Shown: positions 32,091 through 43,271 of the stretch, in pieces | How the letters are laid out: the number at the start of each line of letters is the position of its first letter | Position numbering within the stretch: position 1 is the stretch's first letter | Assembly: GCA_021738625.1 (NCBI GenBank) | Contig: JAIPBS010000007.1 | Span: forward strand, 22,100-86,099 | From: Bacteroidales bacterium | GTDB taxonomy: Bacteria; Bacteroidota; Bacteroidia; Bacteroidales; JAIOZK01 | Direction: 5' to 3' | Length of the DNA: 64,000 nucleotides | Notes under the pieces: model-generated | What the model was told of the DNA's origin: nothing | What the model saw: the letters and a program-made list of their open reading frames with translations, nothing else | The model's database searches: none | Program-made: the position numbers and the translations under genes

Positions 32091-32969
32091 ATGGGAAAGC
32101 CAGAAGAGAAATACAGCCGCAGAAGATACCGGTCGTCTTACGTAACCACGGTGGTATCCATAACTTTGGTTTTGTTTATGTTGGGCATGCTTGGCCTGAT
32201 CATCCTGAATGCCCGGCAGTTATCGGACCGGGTGAAGGAAAATATCGGCTTTTCCATCATCATGAAAGAAGGCGTCAGGGAAGCCGGTATCATCCAGCTT
32301 CAAAAAACACTGGATGCTTCGGAGTTTGTAAAATCAACCGAATATGTTACCAGGGAAAAAGCAGCTAAGAGAATGCAGGAAGACCTGGGGGAGGATTTTA
32401 TCAGTTTTTTGGGTTACAATCCCCTGCTGCCATCCATCGAGCTCAGGTTGAGTGCCGAATACACCAACATCGATAGCCTGATGGTGATTGAAGAGAAACT
32501 GCTGGCAAACGAGAACGTAAAAGAAGTCTGGTACCAAAAATCGCTGGTACACCTCATCAACCGGAATATTCGGATCATCAGTTTGGTATTGCTGTCTTTC
32601 AGCTTGCTGCTGTTGCTTATCGCGATCGCCCTGATCAACAATACGATCCGTTTGTCGGTATATTCCAGGCGATTCCTGATCAGAAGCATGCAGCTGGTGG
32701 GTGCAACCCAGTCGTTCATACGAAAACCTTTTATCATACAGGGAATTATGCAGGGTGTTTATGCGGCGCTCATTGCCATTCTGATGCTGATGGGTATATT
32801 GTATTTGATCCAGAACCAATTGCCCGAATTTATCAGCATCAAAGATTTGCAAATGATCCTGAGTCTGTTTGGGATCGTACTGATACTCGGTTTGATCATC
32901 AGCGGAGTTTCCAATTGGTTTGCAGTACGGAAATACCTGAGGATGCGAACCGACGATCTATATATGTAA
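32091..32969 (+). CDS. ftsX: Cell division permease FtsX
   Basis: N-terminal TM helix, periplasmic domain and three C-terminal TM helices of the FtsX-like permease type. Confidence 0.75.
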   Translation: MGKPEEKYSRRRYRSSYVTTVVSITLVLFMLGMLGLIILNARQLSDRVKENIGFSIIMKEGVREAGIIQLQKTLDASEFVKSTEYVTREKAAKRMQEDLGEDFISFLGYNPLLPSIELRLSAEYTNIDSLMVIEEKLLANENVKEVWYQKSLVHLINRNIRIISLVLLSFSLLLLLIAIALINNTIRLSVYSRRFLIRSMQLVGATQSFIRKPFIIQGIMQGVYAALIAILMLMGILYLIQNQLPEFISIKDLQMILSLFGIVLILGLIISGVSNWFAVRKYLRMRTDDLYM

Positions 32970-33057
32970 TGAAGAAATACCGGGTTAAAAATCGTTAAAA
33001 TTTAAGCGTTTACAAAAAATACCATTATTTTTGACCTGTTAAAAGGATATTGATATT

Positions 33058-33375
33058 ATGACTAAAAAGAATAAGAACGGGGAAAAACCGGTTATTAAAA
33101 AGAAACAAATACCTGAAAGCGGAACTTCACAGAAGATGACCGATCAGGGATCCATATTTGCATTTAATAGAGAAAACTACAAACTGCTCTTCATTGGTCT
33201 TGGTTTGCTCGTGCTGGGTTTTCTTCTGATGATAGGTGGTGGCTCCGACGATCCGGATGTTTTCAACGACGCCATTTTCAATTTCCGTCGTATGGTGCTG
33301 GCCCCCATTCTGATTCTGGCTGGCTATGTGGTTGAAATCTTCGCCATTATGAAGCGGCCCGGAAAATCGGAATAA
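33058..33375 (+). CDS. DUF3098-like small membrane protein
   Basis: Lys-rich N-terminus plus two TM helices, in the conserved position downstream of ftsX. Confidence 0.55.
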   Translation: MTKKNKNGEKPVIKKKQIPESGTSQKMTDQGSIFAFNRENYKLLFIGLGLLVLGFLLMIGGGSDDPDVFNDAIFNFRRMVLAPILILAGYVVEIFAIMKRPGKSE

Positions 33376-33451
33376 GCAGCTTTCGGGAGATCAATCACAT
33401 CAAAAATTACCTTAAATTCGCAGCTTTATTCTTATTTTAAAAGCCTGAAAA

Positions 33452-34240
33452 ATGGATTGGTTACAAGCTTTGATTCTTGGTTTGGTGCAGGGACTGACCG
33501 AATTCCTGCCGGTGAGTTCCAGCGGGCATCTCGAACTCGGCAAAGTAGTTCTGGATATACAGGCCAAAGAAAACACAATATTTGCTGTGGTGGTGCACGG
33601 CGCAACCGTTTTAAGCACCATTGTTGTTTTTAGAAAAGATGTGTGGGTTTTACTAAAGGGATTGTTCAAATTCCGCTGGAACGAAGAAACCATTTACATT
33701 GCCAAACTGGCCTTTTCGATGATTCCTGTATTGATCATGGGATTTATTTTTGATAAAGAGATCAAATCCCTTTTTACCGGAAACCTTGTCTTTGTCGGGT
33801 CCATGCTGTTTGTTACCGCGATTCTGCTTTCCCTTACTTATATTCCTGTAAAAAAAAGAAGAAAGATTCATTTTTGGGATGTTCTGATCATCGGAATTGC
33901 TCAGGCTGCATCGGTAATACCAGGTATATCCCGGTCGGGAGCGACCATTTCCACCGGCCTCATCATCGGCAATAAAAAGGAAAACATTGCTCGCTTTTCT
34001 TTTTTGATGGTACTTGTTCCCATCATCGGGGCAAACCTGAAAGACTTGTTTTCTGAAGATATGGCAACCGAACAAACGGTAAGCGCCCTGCCACTGATAA
34101 TTGGCTTTTTTGCGGCTTTCATTTCCGGGCTACTGGCCTGTAAATGGATGATCAACCTTGTGAAAAAAGGAAAGTTATTGTATTTTGCAATCTATTGTTT
34201 AATTATAGGAATTACCGCTATTCTTGTCGGAATATTATAA
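33452..34240 (+). CDS. uppP: Undecaprenyl-diphosphate phosphatase
   Basis: GLVQGLTEFLPVSSSGHL and PGISRSGATI motifs. Confidence 0.9.
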   Translation: MDWLQALILGLVQGLTEFLPVSSSGHLELGKVVLDIQAKENTIFAVVVHGATVLSTIVVFRKDVWVLLKGLFKFRWNEETIYIAKLAFSMIPVLIMGFIFDKEIKSLFTGNLVFVGSMLFVTAILLSLTYIPVKKRRKIHFWDVLIIGIAQAASVIPGISRSGATISTGLIIGNKKENIARFSFLMVLVPIIGANLKDLFSEDMATEQTVSALPLIIGFFAAFISGLLACKWMINLVKKGKLLYFAIYCLIIGITAILVGIL

Positions 34241-34244
34241 AAAA

Positions 34245-34967
34245 ATGGACGAACAGCAAAGTATTTATTTTGATTTCCTGAAAGGCGAAACCCTGCTCAT
34301 TGATAAACCTCTTGAATGGACTTCTTTTGATGTGGTGAATAAAATCCGGTCGATGATCAAATACAAGATGAAGATCAACAAGATCAAAGTGGGCCATGCA
34401 GGTACGCTGGATCCTATGGCCACCGGGTTACTTATCATTTGCACGGGCAAGACCACCAAAAAAATTGAATTGTTTCAGGAACTAGAAAAGGAATACACCG
34501 GTACCTTTGTCCTGGGCGCCACGACGCCTTCCTTTGATATGGAAACCGCCACAGACCGGGAGTTTTCCGTTGATCATATTACAGAGAACCTGATACGGGA
34601 GGCCACAGAACAGTTCACTGGCAATATTGAACAAATACCTCCTATCTATTCTGCCCTTCAGATAAAAGGTGAGCGGGCCTACAATCTGGCCAGGGATAAA
34701 AAGAAAGTCGAATTGAAATCACGTTTGGTTAGCATTCATGCCTTCGATATTATCCGGACCAACCTACGGGAAGTCGATTTCAGGATCGTTTGTTCAAAAG
34801 GTACCTACATCAGGGCCTTGGCGCGGGATTTCGGACAGGCGCTGGGAACGGGGGCCTATTTGAATAAGCTAAGAAGAACCCGGATTGGAAAATTTACAGT
34901 TGCTGAGGCTTTAGTGATTGAACAGTTTGAACAGATTCTTGATTATTTCCTTAAAAATAAATCTTGA
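34245..34967 (+). CDS. truB: tRNA pseudouridine(55) synthase
   Basis: KVGHAGTLDPMATGLL catalytic motif. The ATG at 34245 is preferred to the TTG at 34224, which overlaps uppP. Confidence 0.9.
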   Translation: MDEQQSIYFDFLKGETLLIDKPLEWTSFDVVNKIRSMIKYKMKINKIKVGHAGTLDPMATGLLIICTGKTTKKIELFQELEKEYTGTFVLGATTPSFDMETATDREFSVDHITENLIREATEQFTGNIEQIPPIYSALQIKGERAYNLARDKKKVELKSRLVSIHAFDIIRTNLREVDFRIVCSKGTYIRALARDFGQALGTGAYLNKLRRTRIGKFTVAEALVIEQFEQILDYFLKNKS

Positions 34968-35002
34968 CAAAAGCTGTTATATTGTTTAACTTAGACAGTA
35001 TG

Positions 35003-35033
35003 TTGACAAAAGCCGCAATTTTTCATACCTTTG
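35003..35033 (+). promoter_or_regulatory. Putative promoter of queA
   Basis: TTGACA (35003-35008), 17-nt spacer, TACCTTTG (35026-35033, matching TAnnTTTG), 33 nt upstream of the ATG. Confidence 0.4.
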
Positions 35034-35065
35034 CAAGCTTTTAAAATTATAGAAGATATATACAT

Positions 35066-36115
35066 ATGAAATTATCACAATTTCGTTTTCAATTGCCATC
35101 GGAGCTGATCCGTAATTTTCCACCCGATAACAGGGATGAATCGAAGCTCATGGTTCTGGACAGGAAGAAGAAGGAAATCAGGCACGCTATATTTAAGGAT
35201 ATACTTGATTATTTTGAAGAAGGCGATATTTTTGTATTGAATAATACCAAAGTATTTCCGGCCCGTCTTTATGGAACAAAAGAAAAAACAGGCGCCAGGA
35301 TAGAAGTTTTCCTGTTGCGCGAACTCAACCGCGAAACACGCCTCTGGGATGTATTGGTTGATCCGGCCAGAAAAATACGCATTGGAAACAAATTGTATTT
35401 CGGGGAAGATGAAACCCTGGTGGCTGAGGTAATCGATAATACAACCAGCAGAGGAAGAACCTTAAGGTTTTTGTACGACGGGCCTTATGAGGAATTCAAA
35501 AAAACCATACAGAGCCTGGGTCAAACTCCCCTTCCCAAATTGCACAGACGACCGGTTGAACCGGAAGACAAAAGCCGCTATCAAACCATTTATGCCAAAC
35601 ATGAAGGAGCCGTGGCTGCCCCCACCGCAGGTTTGCATTTCAGCCGGGAGCTGATGAAAAGACTGGAGTTGTTGGGTGTTAACTTTGCAGAGATCACCTT
35701 GCACGCCGGATTGGGAAATTTCAGAAACATCGAAGTAGAAGATCTTACCAAACACAAAATGGATTCTGAGGAAATGGCCCTCGAAGAAACAGAAGCTCAG
35801 AAAATCAACAGGGCCAAGCAAAGTAAACATAAGGTTTGTGCCGTGGGTACAACCACCATGAAAGCTCTGGAAACAGCTGTTACCATTAGCGGTAAGGTAA
35901 AGCCGTTTAAGGGATGGACAAACAAATTTATCTTTCCGCCATACGAGTTCGGAATAGCCGATGCCATGGTCACCAACTTGCATCTGCCGCAATCAGCCAT
36001 GATGATGATGGCAGCCGCTTTTGCGGGTTATGATTTTCTGATGGAGGCTTATGAAACTGCAGTGAAAGAAAAATACAAATTCTTCACCTATGGCGATGCC
36101 ATGCTGATCATTTAA
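35066..36115 (+). CDS. queA: S-adenosylmethionine:tRNA ribosyltransferase-isomerase
   Basis: Full-length QueA pattern (FDFxLP-type N-terminus, [19 protein letters not shown]). Confidence 0.95.
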   Translation: MKLSQFRFQLPSELIRNFPPDNRDESKLMVLDRKKKEIRHAIFKDILDYFEEGDIFVLNNTKVFPARLYGTKEKTGARIEVFLLRELNRETRLWDVLVDPARKIRIGNKLYFGEDETLVAEVIDNTTSRGRTLRFLYDGPYEEFKKTIQSLGQTPLPKLHRRPVEPEDKSRYQTIYAKHEGAVAAPTAGLHFSRELMKRLELLGVNFAEITLHAGLGNFRNIEVEDLTKHKMDSEEMALEETEAQKINRAKQSKHKVCAVGTTTMKALETAVTISGKVKPFKGWTNKFIFPPYEFGIADAMVTNLHLPQSAMMMMAAAFAGYDFLMEAYETAVKEKYKFFTYGDAMLII

Positions 36116-36125
36116 AAAATTTCTG

Positions 36126-36791
36126 TTGAAGAATTATCTTATCATCGTTGCCGGGGGTACGGGAAAACGGATGCAGTCCGATATTCCCAAGCAATTTATC
36201 AGGGTAGCCGGCATGCCTGTTTTGTATCACAGCCTGAAACGCTTTCAGGGCCTTTTTGAAAATCTGCATACCGTTTTGGTGCTTCCTGCCCAACACATTT
36301 CCAAATGGAAAGAACTTTGCATTGATTTGAATATCAATATCCCGCATCAGTTAGTGGCAGGAGGAAAACAAAGATTCGAGAGCGTTAAAGCCGGTTTGTC
36401 TTTGCTACCTGATGAAGATGGACTGGTTGCCATACACGATGGCGTGCGGCCGCTGGTGGCCGTTGAGCTAATAAAAAATGCATTCCAAACCGCCGCTGAA
36501 AAGGGCAATGCCATACCCGCCATAAAAGTGCCCGAATCGATCAGGCAGTTGAAAGGGGGTAACTCTACAGCCGTTAACCGGGATTATTACCGGCTTATAC
36601 AAACACCCCAGGTGTTCAGGATAAACCTTATCAAAAAGGCTTACCTTCAGCCCTACCGGGAAAGCTTTACCGACGATGCCTCCGTACTCGAAAGCATGGG
36701 TGATAAAATTCATTTGATTGAAGGAAATCCCCAGAACATCAAGATCACCAACAAATCAGACCTGAATATCTTTGAAGCCCTGCTAAAATAA
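36126..36791 (+). CDS. ispD: 2-C-methyl-D-erythritol 4-phosphate cytidylyltransferase
   Basis: IIVAGGTGKRM...PKQF, and VAIHDGVRP. TTG start. Confidence 0.85.
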   Translation: MKNYLIIVAGGTGKRMQSDIPKQFIRVAGMPVLYHSLKRFQGLFENLHTVLVLPAQHISKWKELCIDLNINIPHQLVAGGKQRFESVKAGLSLLPDEDGLVAIHDGVRPLVAVELIKNAFQTAAEKGNAIPAIKVPESIRQLKGGNSTAVNRDYYRLIQTPQVFRINLIKKAYLQPYRESFTDDASVLESMGDKIHLIEGNPQNIKITNKSDLNIFEALLK

Positions 36792-36792
36792 G

Positions 36793-37935
36793 TTATTTTA
36801 CCTTTCTTCCTTTCCAGTTGAAACCTAAAAAGTTGCCTGCAAAACCGATCAACGAAACATAGATCACATAAATGATCTGTAAGGCCAAATAAAACCATAG
36901 CAGTTTTTGCTTTTTAGCAAAAGAAGAGATACCTAGTAAAATTGGAAAATCGATGATGATCTTTGCAATTAGAAAGATCAAAGCAAACATAAGCAAGTCG
37001 GGAAACCAGATACCTAAAAGTGCGGTGGCAAAAAGCATGTAATTAAACAGGTAGATGATCAGGCTGGCCTGCACGATGGCCAGGTTGGTATAGGCGCGGC
37101 TTTTTGAGATCCAGCGAATGCGTTGCTGCAAAAACTCCTTCAGATTTTGCTTTGCATGTGTTTTTACAATGGCGTTTTTATCTTTCAAAAAATGAACCGA
37201 ATCACTGCCATATTGTTTTTTGATCTTCAACAATAAAAACACATCATCCCCCGAAACAAAGCCTGCATCGGAAGCATAACCACTCACAGCTTCAAAGGCT
37301 TTTTTCTCGTAGGCCAGGTTGGCCCCGTTGCACATGATGGGGGCTTTGATGGAAATGCTGCCGGCCCCGGAAGCGATTAGGCTGAGAAATTCCAGGGATT
37401 GAAATTTTTTGAAAAGACTATTTTCCTGATGAAATACAACCGGACCCGAAATCATTTTTGAATCGCTTTGTTCGTAATGATTCACCATGGAGGAGATCCA
37501 GCCTTCAGGAAGGCGGCAGTCGGCGTCGGTGGTGAGGATCAGTTGGCCGCTTGCTGTTGAGATCGCTTGCGTGATCGCGGCTTTTTTACCTGATTTACCC
37601 CTTAGCTGGACCACCTGGATTTGCCGGTCCGGATAGTCCGTTACAACTTCTGAGATTTTTTCCAGGGTGTCGTCTTCCGAATGGTCGTTTATAACGATAA
37701 TTTCGATCAACTCCGAAGGGAAATCCTGATGCATTAAATCTTTTAAACAAGCTGCAATATTGGCTTCCTCATTTCTGGCCGGGATGAGCACGGAAACCCT
37801 GCTAACCGGTTTTCTTTTGCTCCGGGCGGGTTGTTTCAACAGGTACCAGCCAATGGTGTAAAATCCGATAAGAATACCATAGGCAATAAAAAAGCTGAAC
37901 AAAAAGGCTACGATTATGAGGACAAAGCTGTTCAT
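36793..37935 (-). CDS. Family 2 glycosyltransferase with flanking TM helices
   Basis: VSVLIPARNEE...IIVINDHSEDDT...TDADC...QRIRW. Confidence 0.8.
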   Translation of the reverse strand: MNSFVLIIVAFLFSFFIAYGILIGFYTIGWYLLKQPARSKRKPVSRVSVLIPARNEEANIAACLKDLMHQDFPSELIEIIVINDHSEDDTLEKISEVVTDYPDRQIQVVQLRGKSGKKAAITQAISTASGQLILTTDADCRLPEGWISSMVNHYEQSDSKMISGPVVFHQENSLFKKFQSLEFLSLIASGAGSISIKAPIMCNGANLAYEKKAFEAVSGYASDAGFVSGDDVFLLLKIKKQYGSDSVHFLKDKNAIVKTHAKQNLKEFLQQRIRWISKSRAYTNLAIVQASLIIYLFNYMLFATALLGIWFPDLLMFALIFLIAKIIIDFPILLGISSFAKKQKLLWFYLALQIIYVIYVSLIGFAGNFLGFNWKGRKVK

Positions 37936-38957
37936 ACGCTTTTGTTGTTTTTCCTGAAGAATTTCAATCTGAAAACAAAGAAAGTACCGGCAATGGCAGG
38001 GATAACAATATTGATCAGCCAGAGCATTGAAGAAGCGGATAGAATTCCGATATCGAGCATTTGCATATCTGCTTCGCCCTTTTGAAAGTAAAGCCCGAAA
38101 ACAAACAGGCCGATGCTTCCACGTACGCCAATCTCCGCCAGTGCAATGGTTGGGATGGCTGTGAGGATGAAGAAAAAGAAAAAGATCAGCAAAAAGGCCT
38201 CTGCAAAAGGTATGTTCACACCAAACAATCGCAGCAAAAAATAAAATTGAATGCTGAAAACCAAATATCGTAATGCGCTGAGCGCCAAGGCTGTCAGCAA
38301 TTCTTTTCTGCTGAAATAAGAAAAAGCGATCAGATGTTTGCGAAGCTTCTGCCAGCTTTTGCGGGTGAATCGGAGCAAAAAGCCGCTCAATATGGAAATG
38401 TTGAAATAAAACAGAATGATGAAAAAGTTAATGACCACCACCGAAATAAAAATACCCCAATAGATCAGCTCACTGTAATAGCTATTTTCGGAAAAATATT
38501 TTGGCAGGGCGATCAGCAGAGCAACCGATCCGATAAATATGATCACGATCAGCTGGCTGATGCTGCCCACCATGGTGATCAGGATCCCTTCCACATGATT
38601 GGCTTTGCGAAGAATGAAAACGCGCCCCAGGTAGTCCCCGATGCGGTTCGGGAGAAAAGCGCTTACCGAGATTCCCGTTAGCACGCCCTGGTAAGCCTGG
38701 AAAAATTTTGTGTGCTCGATCTTTTTGATAAGAAACTTCCACTTCCAGGTTTCTATGGCCCAGTTTAGCAGCATCACCAGGAAAACCAGGATCAGGCCCG
38801 CGACAAAAAAATCCTGTTTGATCAGGGTTTTAAACATCTGGTAAACTTCCAACAGGTTGCGCTTGTGAAAGATATGAAAATAAAGGAATCCATAGGTTGC
38901 CAGCACAATGCTGATCCTGATCAGATAGTTGTATGTTTTATTTACCTTTGTTTTCAT
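37932..38957 (-). CDS. Flippase-like (UPF0104 / LPG-synthase TM region) membrane protein
   Basis: Polytopic membrane ORF. ATGA-type overlap with the GT2 gene. Confidence 0.6.
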   Translation of the reverse strand: MKTKVNKTYNYLIRISIVLATYGFLYFHIFHKRNLLEVYQMFKTLIKQDFFVAGLILVFLVMLLNWAIETWKWKFLIKKIEHTKFFQAYQGVLTGISVSAFLPNRIGDYLGRVFILRKANHVEGILITMVGSISQLIVIIFIGSVALLIALPKYFSENSYYSELIYWGIFISVVVINFFIILFYFNISILSGFLLRFTRKSWQKLRKHLIAFSYFSRKELLTALALSALRYLVFSIQFYFLLRLFGVNIPFAEAFLLIFFFFFILTAIPTIALAEIGVRGSIGLFVFGLYFQKGEADMQMLDIGILSASSMLWLINIVIPAIAGTFFVFRLKFFRKNNKSV

Positions 38958-38975
38958 TCAAAAAACAAGCATTTT

Positions 38976-39527
38976 TTGGGACAGGAAAAGATCATATTGG
39001 GCATTGATCCGGGTACAAATATCATGGGTTACGGTCTTATTTTAAGCAAAGATAAAAAGATTGAACTCATGAGCCTCGGTATCCTGAAACTGAGTAAATA
39101 TACGAACCATCCCCTGAAACTTCAAAAAATATTCGAGCGAGTGCTTTCCCTGGTCGAAGAATACAAACCCGACGAGTTTGCCATCGAGGCGCCTTTTTAC
39201 GGAAAAAACGTACAATCGATGCTGAAGCTCGGAAGGGCACAAGGTGTGGCCATGGCGGCAGCGCTCTCAAGAAATGTTCCCATTTTTGAATACTCCCCGC
39301 GTAAGATCAAACAATCCATCACCGGAAAAGGAAATGCATCCAAAGAACAGGTAGCGGCAATGATTTGCAATTTGCTCAGCATCAAAGAACAACCTGATCA
39401 GCTGGACGCCACCGACAGTGTGGCGGTGGCTGTTTGCCATTATTTTCAGCAAGGTACGACCGGTGCGGAAAAGAAATATTCCGGCTGGAAAGCTTTTATC
39501 AAAGAAAATCCAAAAAGAACAATTTGA
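38976..39527 (+). CDS. ruvC: Crossover junction endodeoxyribonuclease RuvC
   Basis: IILGIDPGTNIMGYG, AIEAPFYGKN. The TTG at 38976 was chosen because the upstream part of the ORF overlaps the divergent gene and has no RuvC similarity. Confidence 0.85.
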   Translation: MGQEKIILGIDPGTNIMGYGLILSKDKKIELMSLGILKLSKYTNHPLKLQKIFERVLSLVEEYKPDEFAIEAPFYGKNVQSMLKLGRAQGVAMAAALSRNVPIFEYSPRKIKQSITGKGNASKEQVAAMICNLLSIKEQPDQLDATDSVAVAVCHYFQQGTTGAEKKYSGWKAFIKENPKRTI

Positions 39528-39574
39528 AAATTTGAATGACCTATTCATTTTCAAATTGTCACCTTTTCAAATTG

Positions 39575-40747
39575 TCACATCAGCTTCTGATAGGCCTGCC
39601 ACCAGCGGTCGGGGATTTCGTCTTGGAGAGCGGTTTGATAATCCTTATAGGAGCAAGGGATGAAATGGTGCCTTTCGTATTTGGTGCGGATGCTTGCTTT
39701 CACCGGGACTTCCATCCACCATCTGTCGCTTTTCTTGCTTTTATAAAAAACAATTTGTTCTTGATGATCCTGTATGGTGACGGTGTATTTCAGGAATTCA
39801 TTTTTGAATTTATAAGGAATGTCATTCAGGCGGTTGTAAAATCCTTCAATAAAATACCAGAGCATTTGTGAGGCCAGGCTGGCGGTTTGCCCGTTCCGGT
39901 CTTCTTGCGGATTCATTTCAAACAAACCGAGTGCGGTCAGTTTGTCGCTCATGCCCGCATAACGTAATATCTGGCAGGCTTCCTCTCCATAAAAACCATT
40001 GGGGCATGCATTTTTGTTGGCAGGTGCATCGGATGCCCGGATGGCTGAAAAATCGAAGGTAAGCATATCGGCATTTCTCAGCAGGGGTTCGGCTTCACTC
40101 AGGTCGGAGCGAACCTGCCCCAGCCGGTAACAGTCGAAAAACAAATTGTTCATCAGTTCGATGGCTTCCTGATCCACATAATAGGTTTGATAGCCCAGAT
40201 TTGTATAATTGAACAGATAATTCGGCTGATGCAGAATGATCTTGCTCAGGTAAGATTGCGAGCTCAGTTCCTCATCCTTTTCGCCCAGGTCGAAAAGCGG
40301 GTCAACGGCCACGATATTGATGATCTGTCCGATTTTCTCGTAGGCTTTGTACATGCTGTAAGACAGGTCCTGGCTGCCGCCCAGCACCACCGGGAAGATG
40401 TCATGTTTCAACAATTCGGCCATGGCCTCCGTCAGGGCATAATAGGTATCGTTAATGTTGTTGCCCGCCCGGATATTGCCGAGGTCGGCCAGGCGGACGT
40501 CTTCCCCCTGAAATAGTTTGTAAAAGTGTTTGCGGATCTGGTCGGCTGCATCGGCGCTGCCCCGGTTGGAAATTGCATTTCTGTCTTCCTGAACACCGAT
40601 CAGGGCGATATCGACATCTTCCAGATCGGGAAATTTACCTTTGCTGTGATAGCTTCTTACAACATCACCCATTCGTTTGTGAAGGGGTTTTTCGGCAAAT
40701 TCGTAACCCTCAAGGTTTATGGGTTCGAAATAAAGGTCTGTTTCCAT
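39575..40747 (-). CDS. Arginase-family protein (formimidoylglutamase-like) with a C-terminal extension
   Basis: Ureohydrolase-type pattern (VVLGGSQDLSY, VAVDPLFD, FDFSAIR). Confidence 0.65.
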   Translation of the reverse strand: METDLYFEPINLEGYEFAEKPLHKRMGDVVRSYHSKGKFPDLEDVDIALIGVQEDRNAISNRGSADAADQIRKHFYKLFQGEDVRLADLGNIRAGNNINDTYYALTEAMAELLKHDIFPVVLGGSQDLSYSMYKAYEKIGQIINIVAVDPLFDLGEKDEELSSQSYLSKIILHQPNYLFNYTNLGYQTYYVDQEAIELMNNLFFDCYRLGQVRSDLSEAEPLLRNADMLTFDFSAIRASDAPANKNACPNGFYGEEACQILRYAGMSDKLTALGLFEMNPQEDRNGQTASLASQMLWYFIEGFYNRLNDIPYKFKNEFLKYTVTIQDHQEQIVFYKSKKSDRWWMEVPVKASIRTKYERHHFIPCSYKDYQTALQDEIPDRWWQAYQKLM

Positions 40748-40765
40748 GCAGACAAAGCTACAGCA

Positions 40766-43084
40766 TTATTTCTTTTTCCTGAAGCGTTTTTTCGGTGCAT
40801 TTTTCGGATCTTCGGAAATCCTGATGCAATCTTCAAGAGATAACTTTTCGGGGTCCTCTCCCTTGGGGATCTTAAAGTTTTTCTTATCGATCTTGATATA
40901 AGGTCCGTATCTTCCTTTAAGCACCTTTACATCCGGTCTTTCTTTGAATTCCCTGATGGTGTTCTGATCGGCCTGTTTGCGTTTTTCTTCAATGATCTCA
41001 ATGGCGCGTTCACGGTCCACATTGGATGGATCTTCTTTTTTGATTGAATAAAAAGCATTTTTGTGTCGCACATAAGGACCGAACCGGCCGATGTTAACCG
41101 TAAGCTCTTCTCCTTCATATTCACCGATGCTGCGAGGGAATTTAAAAAGCTCCAGCGCTTCTTCCAGGCTAATGGTTCCGATGCTCTGGTTCTTTTTTAA
41201 ACCGGCAAACCTGGGTTTTTCTTCGCTATCGGTATCTCCGATCTGTATCATGGGTCCGTACCGACCGATCTTTGCATACACGTTTTTACCCGTTTCGGGG
41301 TCTTTCCCAAGCAGTCGCTCGCCACTGAACTTTTTGGTTTTTTCTGTGGTTTCCTCGATTTTATCGTGAAAGGGGCCGTAGAATTCTTTGATTATCTGGT
41401 TCCATTCTTTCCGGCCTTCTGCAATTTCATCGAATTCCTTCTCAACGCTCGCCGTGAAGTTATAATCCAGGATATCATCAAAATATTCCATCAGGAATTT
41501 GTTCACCAGGGTGCCTATATCTGTCGGGAAAAGCTTGCCTTTCTCAAAACCGCTGTTTTCCTTTTTTAATTCTTCTTTGATATCGTCATTTTTCAGGGTC
41601 ATCTGCTTGTAGCTACGCGGCTCGCCTTTCCGGTCTTCCTTCACCACATATTCTCTTCTTTGTATGGTGGAAATAGTGGGTGCATAAGTGGAAGGGCGTC
41701 CGATACCGAGCTCTTCCATTTTCTTCACCAGGCTGGCCTCGGAGTACCTTGGCGGGTGTTGGGTGAAACGCTCCGACGCTTGAATTTCTTTCATGTTAAG
41801 TTGATCGCCCAGCTCAAGCGGAGGCAAAACGCCCGCTTTTTCTTCCTGGCTCTCTTCATCCGTTGATTCAAAATACACTTTTAAAAAACCGTCGAATTTG
41901 ATGATTTCTCCTTTGGCAACGAATTTTTCCTTCGATTGGGAAACGCTGATGTCGATATTGGTTTTTTCAAGCAGTGCCTCGCTCATCTGCGAAGCAATGG
42001 TTCGTTTCCAGATCAGGTCGTAAAGTTTTTGTTCCTGTTCCCTGCCCTTGATGTTTTTGTTTTCCATAAAGGTGGGCCGGATGGCTTCGTGTGCTTCCTG
42101 GGCGCCTTTTGATTTGGTGGCAAACTTGCGGGTTTTCACATAATCTTTCCCGTAGCTTTTTTCAATTTCCTTTTTCGCCATTGAAATAGCCAGGTTGCTA
42201 AGGTTAACCGAATCCGTTCTCATATAAGTGATCTTACCCGATTCGTAAAGATTCTGTGCGATCCGCATGGTATTGTCGACCGAAAAGCCCAGTTTGCGGC
42301 TGGCTTCCTGTTGCAGCGTGGAGGTGGTGAAGGGAGGTGCGGGGGATTTTTTAGCGGGCCTGGTTTCTATGTTTTCTATTTTGAATTCGGAGCCCCTGCA
42401 TTTTTCCAGGAATTCAACTGCCTCTTTTTTGGTTTTGAACCGTTTGGGAAGTTCTGCACGAACCTGGTGCGTGCTTTCTTTTTTCTCAATTTCAAAATCG
42501 GCGATCACCCGGTAGGAGGATGAGATTTTGAAATTATTGATCTCTTCTTCGCGTTCAACGATCAACCTGACTGCAACACTTTGAACACGGCCGGCAGACA
42601 AGGCGGGCTTCACCTTCTTCCATAACAGGGGTGAAAGTTCAAAACCAACCAGGCGGTCAAGTACCCGGCGTGCCTGCTGGGCATTCACAAGGTTGATGTC
42701 GATGTTGCGCGGATTGGAAATGGCCCGATCGATTGCACTTTTGGTGATCTCGTGGAAAACAATGCGTTTGGTCTTTTCATCACTGATCTTCAGCTGGTTG
42801 GCCAGATGCCAGGAGATGGCTTCCCCCTCGCGGTCTTCATCCGTTGCCAGCCATACCGTTTTGGCACCCTTTGAACTTTTTCTAAGGTCCGCAACGATCT
42901 TTTTCTTATCAGGTGAAACCTCATATTGTGGTTCGAAATCATGCTCAATGTCAACGCCGAGGTCTTTTTTCTTCAGGTCAACCACATGTCCCATACTTGA
43001 CATAACCAAATATTCTTTGCCTAAGAATTTTTCAATGGTTCTTGCCTTTGCCGGTGACTCAACGATTACAAGATTCTTTATCAT
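40766..43084 (-). CDS. topA: DNA topoisomerase I
   Basis: TOPRIM (LVIVESPAKARTI, ATDEDREGEAI), active-site region YITYMRTDS, and a C-terminal Lys-rich tail. Confidence 0.95.
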   Translation of the reverse strand: MIKNLVIVESPAKARTIEKFLGKEYLVMSSMGHVVDLKKKDLGVDIEHDFEPQYEVSPDKKKIVADLRKSSKGAKTVWLATDEDREGEAISWHLANQLKISDEKTKRIVFHEITKSAIDRAISNPRNIDINLVNAQQARRVLDRLVGFELSPLLWKKVKPALSAGRVQSVAVRLIVEREEEINNFKISSSYRVIADFEIEKKESTHQVRAELPKRFKTKKEAVEFLEKCRGSEFKIENIETRPAKKSPAPPFTTSTLQQEASRKLGFSVDNTMRIAQNLYESGKITYMRTDSVNLSNLAISMAKKEIEKSYGKDYVKTRKFATKSKGAQEAHEAIRPTFMENKNIKGREQEQKLYDLIWKRTIASQMSEALLEKTNIDISVSQSKEKFVAKGEIIKFDGFLKVYFESTDEESQEEKAGVLPPLELGDQLNMKEIQASERFTQHPPRYSEASLVKKMEELGIGRPSTYAPTISTIQRREYVVKEDRKGEPRSYKQMTLKNDDIKEELKKENSGFEKGKLFPTDIGTLVNKFLMEYFDDILDYNFTASVEKEFDEIAEGRKEWNQIIKEFYGPFHDKIEETTEKTKKFSGERLLGKDPETGKNVYAKIGRYGPMIQIGDTDSEEKPRFAGLKKNQSIGTISLEEALELFKFPRSIGEYEGEELTVNIGRFGPYVRHKNAFYSIKKEDPSNVDRERAIEIIEEKRKQADQNTIREFKERPDVKVLKGRYGPYIKIDKKNFKIPKGEDPEKLSLEDCIRISEDPKNAPKKRFRKKK

Positions 43085-43271
43085 GGTGTTTTTCCTTTCC
43101 TGGATTCAAAAAATTGGCTACAAAAGTATATAAATTCTTTGGTAAAGAGTTTTTTCCCAAAATTCCTACCCCAATCCTGAAGCCCATAAAAGATTCAATG
43201 ATAATATGATTGGTCCTGTTGATACCTGATCAACTGCTGGTTTGAGGCAGATGAACTGCGACTTATATCCC